Sequence record: MZ501267.1
Origin: Erwinia phage AH04
Strand: one strand, 5' to 3'
DNA length: 40,000 bases
Below the pieces are notes generated by a model, which made no database searches, was not told the origin of the DNA, and saw only the letters and a list, made by a program, of their open reading frames with translations. The stretch's first letter is position 1; each line of letters begins with the position of its first letter. Below are positions 16,810 through 24,877 of the stretch, in pieces. The position numbers and the translations under genes are program-made.

Positions 16810-17946
16810 ATGAAAAAGCTGTTCAAGGCGGTCTTAACCACCGACCACCACACCATACACCCGAACACCCCAACTCGGCACATACTCAATAACCTGGACA
16901 CGTTTTACTATAAAGAAACAAATCTGGCAACCATTGATTTTAATGTGCTGAACGGGGATTTCTTTCACGATTTAGCACCCGCTAATGACCCGAACATGAT
17001 GCTCTGTCATCGTTGGATCAAGAAGCACCTGCAAATCTGTCATGACAACAAAGTCCATGTCAGGATATTGGAAGGGACTTCATCCCACGATTGGGGACAG
17101 CCTGAGTGCTTTGATATCCTGAAGCCGAAAGACAGTCCGTATATTAAATACATCAATACCTTGAGTATTGAGTTTATCCCTGAATTGAATATCCACTGTA
17201 TGTATGTCCCGGATAACTTTGGTCATACCTCCACGGACATCATTTATGACAATGCGCTGAAACTGTTGGCTGAATGGAACTTGAAGGAAGTTGATTTCAT
17301 TTTCCTACACGGTGGGTTTGATTACCAACTTCCACCGATTGCCAATAAGAAAGGAACATTGTACGATTCCATCAAGTGGAGTGCATTGGCAAAGCACGCG
17401 ATCTTCAGTGGACACATTCATAAACCTTCAACGCGATACAACATTTATTGTGCGGGTTCTTTTGACCGTACAGCATTTGGTGAGATGCACCCGAAAGGCG
17501 CTTATCGTTTTGAGTTTAATGACACGGACTTCAAAGCCGAGTTTTGGGAAAACAAGAACGCACTGATTTACGATAAGATCTTGATCAATAAAGAGATGGA
17601 TACGAAAGCAGTCGCGAAAGAGATTATGAACTACTTGGCGAAACTTCCGCCAAAGAACACCCATATCCGTTTAGTGGGTGGGTTGTCATCTGTGACCACA
17701 CCTTTGATTAATGATTTCAAGGAGCAGTATCCGCAATACTCGTTTGACCTTGAGAACGTAAAAGAAGATAACATCGAAATTGATGACACTTTATATATCC
17801 CTGAGATGTATAACGGTGTTGCATTGACCAACGGAAACCTTAAGGATAGTTTGTTTAACTTTATGGAATCCACCCTTCAACAGAACACCGACATTGATCG
17901 AAGTCTGTTAGAGGAATTACTCGATGAGGTCATGAATGTCAATTGA
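16810..17946 (+). CDS. SbcD/Mre11-like calcineurin-type metallophosphoesterase
   Basis: TDHH, LNGDFFHD, LEGTSSHDWGQ, FLHGGF, FSGHIHKPS motif order. Confidence 0.82.
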   Translation: MKKLFKAVLTTDHHTIHPNTPTRHILNNLDTFYYKETNLATIDFNVLNGDFFHDLAPANDPNMMLCHRWIKKHLQICHDNKVHVRILEGTSSHDWGQPECFDILKPKDSPYIKYINTLSIEFIPELNIHCMYVPDNFGHTSTDIIYDNALKLLAEWNLKEVDFIFLHGGFDYQLPPIANKKGTLYDSIKWSALAKHAIFSGHIHKPSTRYNIYCAGSFDRTAFGEMHPKGAYRFEFNDTDFKAEFWENKNALIYDKILINKEMDTKAVAKEIMNYLAKLPPKNTHIRLVGGLSSVTTPLINDFKEQYPQYSFDLENVKEDNIEIDDTLYIPEMYNGVALTNGNLKDSLFNFMESTLQQNTDIDRSLLEELLDEVMNVN

Positions 17947-18733
17947 GAGGACTAAAGGTACGTTGCCCATAAGTGTGGGCACTGCCTTGGCATTGGAAGC
18001 GTTAACCGCAGTTCCGATGTACAAGTACCACTCCTTTCTCCTCAACTTAAGAACCATTGTCCGTAATGCTCGCCAAGCTTATGACCAATATGTCCCAACG
18101 ACGTCTGAATTATACCAAGCGTGTAAAGAAGACATTATTGGGTTAGCCGAATTCATTGCGGGAATGAAATTAAAAACAGATTTGGATATTAAGTTCTACT
18201 ATCCATCTTATCGGAGATTACCGAATCTGTTTCCGCTGGCTAAACTTAAGAATGTGGAGAAAGACGGGACCGATAAACAGAAAGAGATCGCCAGACTCGA
18301 CAAGAGTGTGATCGATAAACTTCTGCCAGAGTTTGGTAAGAACATCAACCATGTTGACAGTGTAATTCCAGAATTTGCTGGCCAAGCATTAATCCTCACC
18401 AGTCACCCTGTTGATTTGGTAACGACGAATTCTTATGCCCGCTTAAATTTGCTCGAGTCCCACACTGGAGCAATAAAGAATTACACATTGTTCTATACTA
18501 AGCTAACCGGTTCAGATAAACTTACTAACATCCCCATGAATAAACTGACTATTCAGATTTTTGGGGATAACTCGATCAACTTCTATTCTCAGTCTATTGC
18601 TGTCAAGAATGAAGTCAAGCAACTTGCGGATGTAGCACATTGGAGCACAGCTTCTACGCCGCAAATGGTTGCACGTTCTATTCGCTCTCTGAACAACACA
18701 CCAGAGAAAGAAATCCTATTAAAAATGATTTAA
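17936..18733 (+). CDS. Hypothetical protein
   Basis: 265-aa ORF, 11-nt overlap with the SbcD-like gene, GAGGT upstream. Confidence 0.75.
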   Translation: MSIERTKGTLPISVGTALALEALTAVPMYKYHSFLLNLRTIVRNARQAYDQYVPTTSELYQACKEDIIGLAEFIAGMKLKTDLDIKFYYPSYRRLPNLFPLAKLKNVEKDGTDKQKEIARLDKSVIDKLLPEFGKNINHVDSVIPEFAGQALILTSHPVDLVTTNSYARLNLLESHTGAIKNYTLFYTKLTGSDKLTNIPMNKLTIQIFGDNSINFYSQSIAVKNEVKQLADVAHWSTASTPQMVARSIRSLNNTPEKEILLKMI

Positions 18734-18748
18734 TAAAAGGAATATTCC

Positions 18749-19558
18749 ATGTCTTTCCCTCAAGATCAGATCCAACGCCGTCCGCAGACCATGTTCAACG
18801 ATTTCCGCTACCCGATGCCTACTTCTGACAAACCAGTTGAAGGTGCTAAGTACCCGGCTCGCTGGACCTGGGAATGTGGCTTGAACGGCAACATCTATTT
18901 CAAAGTCAACGACGGTGTTTGGGGTCGTGATGATAAGAACGCCAAAAGCAAAGAAGTTGAACTGAGCTGGGCTGACCGTGGTGCACTGTTTGGTCTGATG
19001 GAAGAAGCCATCCGTAATCCAGACTTCACCAAATCACAGTACGTGGTTAAGAAGACAGTATTTGGTAACGGCGGTCGTATGAATGACCACCCATCCGTAC
19101 TGGCTACCTTTACGGTTATCCGTGACAGCGATGGTCGTATTCTGGTGGGTTACACCAAAGGCACCTATAAAGTGATGTTCCCATTCACCTCTCCATTCGA
19201 CTCGGTTATCCTGGTTGCAAGCAATGGCGGTGAACCTGTAGAAAACCGTGGCCTGATGTCACGTGTCTACTGTAAAGCCTTTATCGACTTCTCCAAAGTT
19301 AAGCTGGACGATTACGAGTTTAATAACTTTAAACCTCGTGAGAAGAAAGGTGATAACGCTGGGGCTGGTAATAACAACCAGGGCGGTAATCGCGGGGGAA
19401 ACAGCAGCTGGGGTGGCAACAGCAATTCCGGAAGCCAGGGCGGAGGCAATTCAAGCTGGAACGGAAATGGTGGTGGTAACTCCAATAGCGGCGGCAGCAC
19501 TGGCGGTCAAACTCGTCAAGCTCCACCACAAGAATTTGATGATGAAATCGACTTCTAA
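18749..19558 (+). CDS. Candidate single-stranded DNA-binding protein
   Basis: Folded N-terminal part, Gly/Asn/Ser-rich linker and acidic tip PPQEFDDEIDF resembling bacterial SSB tips (DFDDDIPF). Confidence 0.65.
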   Translation: MSFPQDQIQRRPQTMFNDFRYPMPTSDKPVEGAKYPARWTWECGLNGNIYFKVNDGVWGRDDKNAKSKEVELSWADRGALFGLMEEAIRNPDFTKSQYVVKKTVFGNGGRMNDHPSVLATFTVIRDSDGRILVGYTKGTYKVMFPFTSPFDSVILVASNGGEPVENRGLMSRVYCKAFIDFSKVKLDDYEFNNFKPREKKGDNAGAGNNNQGGNRGGNSSWGGNSNSGSQGGGNSSWNGNGGGNSNSGGSTGGQTRQAPPQEFDDEIDF

Positions 19559-19573
19559 TAAGTAACCTCTTTT

Positions 19574-19603
19574 AGAGAGTATCCCTCACGGGATACTCTC
19601 TAG
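19574..19603 (+). terminator. Hairpin TAGAGAGTATCCC-tcac-GGGATACTCTCTA
   Basis: Perfect 13-bp stem; GTAAC/GTTAC at 19563-19567 and 19604-19608 can add a further helix. Confidence 0.88.
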
Positions 19604-19692
19604 TTACTATGTTGTCTTTTAATAAAAACAGTAGTCACAATCAATAGGTCACTAATCTCTTCTTTTATATAACTCTAAATTATCTTAAGCAG

Positions 19693-19708
19693 ATATTATT
19701 AGAGTGTA
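19693..19708 (+). promoter_or_regulatory. Putative phage promoter ATATTAT-tagag-TGTA
   Basis: Recurrent motif, 28 nt upstream of ATG 19737. Confidence 0.6.
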
Positions 19709-19736
19709 TAACCCATAATAGTTTTGGAGAATAACT

Positions 19737-21368
19737 ATGCTATATCTTACTCGTATGTCGGGTAAAAAGAATATTGACGGGATCATTGTACAACACAATG
19801 GCGAAGAGATCGTCTTCAGTGGCGGACAGAAAGTTAACGGTGGCGATGCCAACCAAGAACTGTTCGAGTATCTCAATGAGTTCTTCCAAGGTTGTATCCC
19901 AGCAAAATTGGATACCTTGTGGAAGCTGCTAAAAGAAGGTAAACGCATTCTGGCTCCAGGTTATTTCGATGAACCTGAAACCGACCAACTTATCGAGCTG
20001 CGTAAAAACAATCAGGATTATAAGTTCCTGACTGAGCGGTTAGAAAAAGTCATCAATGAAATCTATCGTGAATTCCCACCGGCTGATGTGGTGTATGGTG
20101 CGACGGTTACCGGACGCACTCAAGCACCGAAAGATCTGATGGCGATGTCTCAACTGGGTGACTATCCAGAAGAAACAACGATCGATGAACGTAAATATGC
20201 TGAGCTGGTTAAACTTGCTTTTGCAACCCAACTCTGTTTCCCAATCGTTAACCAATTGCTTGACCATGTTTCCATCATGACAGGTAAGGATAACAAAGAC
20301 GCTGTAGCGGGCGAACATCTGATTTCCCATATCAGGCCGTTAACCGACATGGCGGGCTGGAAGATTCTTGATGTTTATGTCCGGGCATCGTGCATGCGTC
20401 AGGAAGCACGCCGTAACAGTATTGCGGTTGTCAGTGATGTCAAGTACATTAACTACATCGTGTATAAAGGTCTGTTCAACAAGCTGTGTCTGACCTTCTT
20501 ACCAAGCAAGATCAACGGTAAGAACTTGTCGAAAGAGTTGAACTCACTGGTTGAAGGTGAAATCCGTGGCGGAGCTGACGTGAAGTTCAAAACGTACAGC
20601 GATCCAAAGCCAGGGTCTGATGACCAATCTATTCCAGAAAGCTATCGCATTACTCAGGCGGTAAACGGAACGGATGAAATGGCACAGGCAGAGTACTTCA
20701 CGTTCAACTTGTACAACGAAGAAAACTCAACAGATCAATACGGGAATCCGACAACAATCTGGGTGAAGAAGAATAAAGACTTCTTCTATCATCAGTGTAC
20801 CGGGTTTGGAATCAAAAACCAGAAGTTGGCTGAGAAGTTATTCAACACACTTCCCCGTATCTGGAATTTCCGTTTGACCCTGATTCATCTGAAACTCCTA
20901 CAATTAACCTTCCGGGGTGATATCAACTATAACTTGTACCCAGCGTTGAAGTATGACCAGTTAATGGCAGCAATCTGTCTGGCACAAGTGAAGTTGTTTG
21001 AGATGGGCTTTGAACATCTGGCACAGTTGTGTTCGGTCGTTCGTAACCCAAGTTATCCGACCGTGTTCTTGGACGATGACTTTAAACTCAACACCAAAGA
21101 TCGTGATGGCTTAGTGGAGATGTGTGACATTTATGTCGGACAGTCTACTTCCAGCACAGATAACATCCTGGTAAAATCTGTAACCGATCTCCTGGATGAA
21201 CTCAGTACATCCGGCTGGGATTCCACCATTGAACCTGGTCTTCTTGGTGATGAACAATTCGTGGCGTTAATGTCGACCGGTCAAATGTATCAGGTTGATC
21301 TTCTTCCCGCCATCAAGCGTGAACTCATCGAACTTATCAAACAGTCAAATACTTTAGAGGTAGAATAA
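19737..21368 (+). CDS. Conserved jumbo-phage protein; candidate fifth subunit of non-virion RNAP (phiKZ gp68-like)
   Basis: 543 aa, located upstream of the RNAP beta C / beta' C pair as gp68 precedes gp71-74 in phiKZ; no sequence motif I can confirm. Confidence 0.45.
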   Translation: MLYLTRMSGKKNIDGIIVQHNGEEIVFSGGQKVNGGDANQELFEYLNEFFQGCIPAKLDTLWKLLKEGKRILAPGYFDEPETDQLIELRKNNQDYKFLTERLEKVINEIYREFPPADVVYGATVTGRTQAPKDLMAMSQLGDYPEETTIDERKYAELVKLAFATQLCFPIVNQLLDHVSIMTGKDNKDAVAGEHLISHIRPLTDMAGWKILDVYVRASCMRQEARRNSIAVVSDVKYINYIVYKGLFNKLCLTFLPSKINGKNLSKELNSLVEGEIRGGADVKFKTYSDPKPGSDDQSIPESYRITQAVNGTDEMAQAEYFTFNLYNEENSTDQYGNPTTIWVKKNKDFFYHQCTGFGIKNQKLAEKLFNTLPRIWNFRLTLIHLKLLQLTFRGDINYNLYPALKYDQLMAAICLAQVKLFEMGFEHLAQLCSVVRNPSYPTVFLDDDFKLNTKDRDGLVEMCDIYVGQSTSSTDNILVKSVTDLLDELSTSGWDSTIEPGLLGDEQFVALMSTGQMYQVDLLPAIKRELIELIKQSNTLEVE

Positions 21369-21370
21369 TC

Positions 21371-22909
21371 ATGAGCGGTATTCAATTAGTCAGTGCAAAA
21401 GTAGGTCTCACCAACTATTATCATAATCAAGTTGTTCGTAATCCGGCGATGGATATCCCAACGCAAATGATCGACCAGCTGACTTTTGAGAATCACTCTG
21501 GTGGTGTTAAAGGTACGACGCTGATGCATACCGCTGTAATGTCTGGCGGCCTGAGTGCACAACCAAGTGACCATGCTTACATCCAAGGTGGTTGGGGTGA
21601 ATCCAAAGGTCTGATGATGATGGACTTCACTACTCAAGACAGCCCGGCGTTTATTGAGTATATGCATGTATTGGGCTACGTGTCCAATAACGCATCTCTT
21701 GAAGGTCTGACCATGGATGCAATCTTCCATCCAGTCATGTCTTGGAAAACCCAGGAAACAGTAACCAGTAACTTTGGTGACATTGCCAATCCAACCAGCA
21801 TCCAACGCAAGATCGGTCAGCGTACAGATTACATGTATAATGACGGCACCGGCGGCCAAGGGTTGGTAACCTTGCGTCCTTCTGATGTTATCGAATATGG
21901 TCTGGAATCTGCCAGTCGTAACAGCATCATTGATCGCATGGATGACGAAGGTCTGGAAGGGTTCAATCCAGTTGTTAATCCAGCGAATGCTTCTATTGAC
22001 CGTGCCGGCGTTATTGCATCTAAGCGTGCCAACACCAACCCAGTTAACTATGCATCTGATATCCTGAAAGCCGGTGTGGATTTCCAGGCCAGTAAACTGA
22101 TGTCAGGTAATAGCCTGATGGACGCAGGTCAGAGTCAGTTTGACGGCCTGTTCGGTGAACTGAATACCCTGGGTTATCAAGCACAACAATCTGAACCCCA
22201 GATTCTGCGTGACAACTTCTTCCGTGAAATGATGCAGCAGTTGGGTGTTCAACAGTCCCGTGGTTTTAACGGTTACAGTATCGCCGATTTGTTACTGGGC
22301 TTTGAAAACCTGAACGACGTGTTGGACTTGACCTTCATGAACGCTGAACAGTTCACTGTGGAAGATTACACTCTGAACACTGAACAGTTTGGTACCTCCA
22401 GTTATGCTGAGATCATTGCATCTGAGCTGGAAGCCAACATGTTGGACTTGATGCTGAAGTTTGGTCTGAACATCATTTCCTTTAAAGGTTCTAACTGTGA
22501 CAACTTCGGTGGTGACGGCGGTTTAGATAACATCGTTATTCTGCCGTATAACCCATCTTCGCTTCAGCAAGATGACTTCCAGTTGGGTCAACGTTGTGAT
22601 GCATTTGTCGAAGCCCTGCGTACCCAGATCTTTACTCGCCTGAACGGCCTGAACATCAACCAGATGACTCCTATCCGTTTCAATGTTACAGCTGAGCTGT
22701 TTGGTACCACTGTTATCGATGTGATGATCGTGGACAACAACAACATGGGCGCTGCATTCAGTATGGAAGACACCAACGCACCTGTGGGTATTGTGCGTTC
22801 ATTCCCAACGTTTGCAATTAATACTACCAGTCCTATCTTAGGTACCAGTGAGTCTGCACAGGTAGCTGGTTCTAACTTCTTCTCCAACATCGAGAGCTAT
22901 TTCCAATGA
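21371..22909 (+). CDS. Hypothetical conserved protein
   Basis: 512-aa ORF, ATGA overlap with the next gene. Confidence 0.85.
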   Translation: MSGIQLVSAKVGLTNYYHNQVVRNPAMDIPTQMIDQLTFENHSGGVKGTTLMHTAVMSGGLSAQPSDHAYIQGGWGESKGLMMMDFTTQDSPAFIEYMHVLGYVSNNASLEGLTMDAIFHPVMSWKTQETVTSNFGDIANPTSIQRKIGQRTDYMYNDGTGGQGLVTLRPSDVIEYGLESASRNSIIDRMDDEGLEGFNPVVNPANASIDRAGVIASKRANTNPVNYASDILKAGVDFQASKLMSGNSLMDAGQSQFDGLFGELNTLGYQAQQSEPQILRDNFFREMMQQLGVQQSRGFNGYSIADLLLGFENLNDVLDLTFMNAEQFTVEDYTLNTEQFGTSSYAEIIASELEANMLDLMLKFGLNIISFKGSNCDNFGGDGGLDNIVILPYNPSSLQQDDFQLGQRCDAFVEALRTQIFTRLNGLNINQMTPIRFNVTAELFGTTVIDVMIVDNNNMGAAFSMEDTNAPVGIVRSFPTFAINTTSPILGTSESAQVAGSNFFSNIESYFQ

Positions 22910-24384
22910 ACAAATTAAACAAACTGTACGAAGCAATGCTGAAATCCTGGGGCTGTAAGTTTGCTGAAGATCACGCTATCGTACTGACTATGTCCGGTGT
23001 TGATGTTCCGGTTAAAGTCGACGGTAAACAGACTTATCTTCCGACGTCTGAAAACTTGAATGGCGTGACTATCGGGAAAGTGTTCTTCCATCCGGCATGT
23101 GAGTCTATCATGTCGAAAGAAACCGAAGTCTTTAAAGTGGTTCGTAAACTGACCGCAGCTAAGATCTATGCTGTCTTCCAACCGATCTTTGAAGTTATCT
23201 TAAATGTGGCTTCCAAGAAATCAGGTAAAACCCTGAGCGGTAAAATGCTGGAACAGCTGGAACCTTTCAAGTCTGTTACCAAAACCGTTAAGCAAGAAGT
23301 TAACGACGTTATCAAAACTATCTCGATTGATATCGAAGACCAGGGTATTGATTCTCGTCTGATTAACTTCTCCCTGATTAAGGGTGGTAAAACTGACAAC
23401 GACGAAACCGCCTATTATACAGCAACGCCTTCTTTCCCGTTCTACGGTGAACTGTATCGCGTAGTCAGTCAGAACGAACATCTGAAGCCGTCTGACCGCC
23501 TGAGCTTTAATGGTCAGAATGTTTCTTTGCAAGCACTGAACATCGTTATTGCATTGTTCGAACTGGCGATGCCGGCGTGTATAGATCCATCCCGTAAGAA
23601 GTATTCGTCTACTTCTCCAGACGCTGCCCGTTTGATTGCGTATCTGCATTCTTATGGTCTGGTTGCTTCTGACCTGAACAGTTTGATCGGTAAGTTCCGT
23701 AAAGAGTTTGACTCTATTGGGATTTACGGTATCGACCTGGATTGGATCTCTGACCTCGATGAAATCGGTGAACTGAAATCCCTGATCCCGGCTCTGGATT
23801 ATAACAACTATAATCTGACCGCATCTCCGGAAACAGCAAACTCCATCAACGTCAACCGCATCAGCAGCTTTAACCCAGCGCTGGGAATGTTCAACCCAAC
23901 GGGCAATAACCAGCAAAACCAGAATGTCCAGATTCAGCAGCCCGCTCAGAATAACCAACCAAAGGTCCCGGATTCCCGTCCTGGTGAGAATTACATCGGT
24001 TGTGAATATTCTCCGTCTAACGGAATTTATGAATATAAGTTCCAGCAGTCAAACGGCATGGTGCGTGTAAAACGTCTGGCTGAAGACGGTCGGTTCATCT
24101 CTGAAGATGTTCAAATGCCACAGATGAATAATGGTAACAACATGGGAATGAACATGAATCCCATGATGATGAACATGATGAATATGATGAACAACCCAAT
24201 GATGAACAATGGATTAGTTCCACTGGTCGGCATGGGTATGGGTAACCAAGGTGCTTTTGTCCGTGATCCATATAGCAACAACATGGTTCCGAGCAACGGC
24301 ATGGTCACCAATAATGGCCTGAACAACAATTCATTCCCTCAGGATAATGGATTGTTTTCTGGCGGCGTTAACAACGGTTATTAA
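22906..24384 (+). CDS. Hypothetical protein with Asn/Gln-rich linker and Met/Asn-rich C-terminal tail
   Basis: 492-aa ORF; tail NMGMNMNPMMMNMMNMMNNPMMNNG. Confidence 0.85.
   Translation: MNKLNKLYEAMLKSWGCKFAEDHAIVLTMSGVDVPVKVDGKQTYLPTSENLNGVTIGKVFFHPACESIMSKETEVFKVVRKLTAAKIYAVFQPIFEVILNVASKKSGKTLSGKMLEQLEPFKSVTKTVKQEVNDVIKTISIDIEDQGIDSRLINFSLIKGGKTDNDETAYYTATPSFPFYGELYRVVSQNEHLKPSDRLSFNGQNVSLQALNIVIALFELAMPACIDPSRKKYSSTSPDAARLIAYLHSYGLVASDLNSLIGKFRKEFDSIGIYGIDLDWISDLDEIGELKSLIPALDYNNYNLTASPETANSINVNRISSFNPALGMFNPTGNNQQNQNVQIQQPAQNNQPKVPDSRPGENYIGCEYSPSNGIYEYKFQQSNGMVRVKRLAEDGRFISEDVQMPQMNNGNNMGMNMNPMMMNMMNMMNNPMMNNGLVPLVGMGMGNQGAFVRDPYSNNMVPSNGMVTNNGLNNNSFPQDNGLFSGGVNNGY
24131..24216 (+). 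repeat. Low-complexity ATG/AAC-repeat tract encoding the Met/Asn-rich segment
   Basis: Repeated atgaac/atgatg units. Confidence 0.85.
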
Positions 24385-24406
24385 TCTCTAAACGAAAAGT
24401 AAATAA

Positions 24407-24434
24407 CTACTCCCTACGATATCGTAGGGAGTAG
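24407..24434. terminator. Bidirectional hairpin CTACTCCCTACG-atat-CGTAGGGAGTAG
   Basis: Perfect 12-bp stem between convergent genes. Confidence 0.88.
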
Positions 24435-24451
24435 CATTACTGTTTAATTTT

Positions 24452-24796
24452 TTATTGTCGAACGGTACGTGTACTCTGAATCAGTAAATCAATTTGTTCG
24501 TAAGTAACTGTGTAGATACCTTTAAGGTGAGAAAAATCTTGATTGGGGTTTTCAATTCCGTTGATAAAGGAAATCGTCCAAATTAATTCTTCTGGGATTG
24601 CAGTCATCCCGCTGGTACTGGTTCGTAACTGGCGTAGGAATTTATGGAAGTTGTACCGGTATGCGTATTTAATACCGAGTTCTAAAAATGGAGTATATGA
24701 GGCGTTCTTAAGTAAGACCTCTTTGCAAGATCGCACTATGACCTTGTATTCGTCGGTGTAGTAATAAGAATCACCGCCAGTATAAGGAAGGGGCAT
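24452..24796 (-). CDS. Hypothetical protein
   Basis: 114-aa minus-strand ORF facing a bidirectional terminator. Confidence 0.65.
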   Translation of the reverse strand: MPLPYTGGDSYYYTDEYKVIVRSCKEVLLKNASYTPFLELGIKYAYRYNFHKFLRQLRTSTSGMTAIPEELIWTISFINGIENPNQDFSHLKGIYTVTYEQIDLLIQSTRTVRQ

Positions 24797-24838
24797 TCTG
24801 AATCTCCAATAATTTTCGCGCCAAAGATAATCAAGCAG

Positions 24839-24854
24839 ATATTATCTTTATGTA
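24839..24854 (+). promoter_or_regulatory. Putative phage promoter ATATTAT-cttta-TGTA
   Basis: Recurrent motif just upstream of the RNAP beta C gene. Confidence 0.6.
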
Positions 24855-24877
24855 TAATAAAAGAGGTGTCATGCAAC

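Noticed and set aside
23221-23958. 245-aa antisense ORF in 22906-24384
   Set aside because: Fully contained within a well-supported sense gene, repetitive Val/Gln/Arg composition typical of reverse-complement coding, no RBS.
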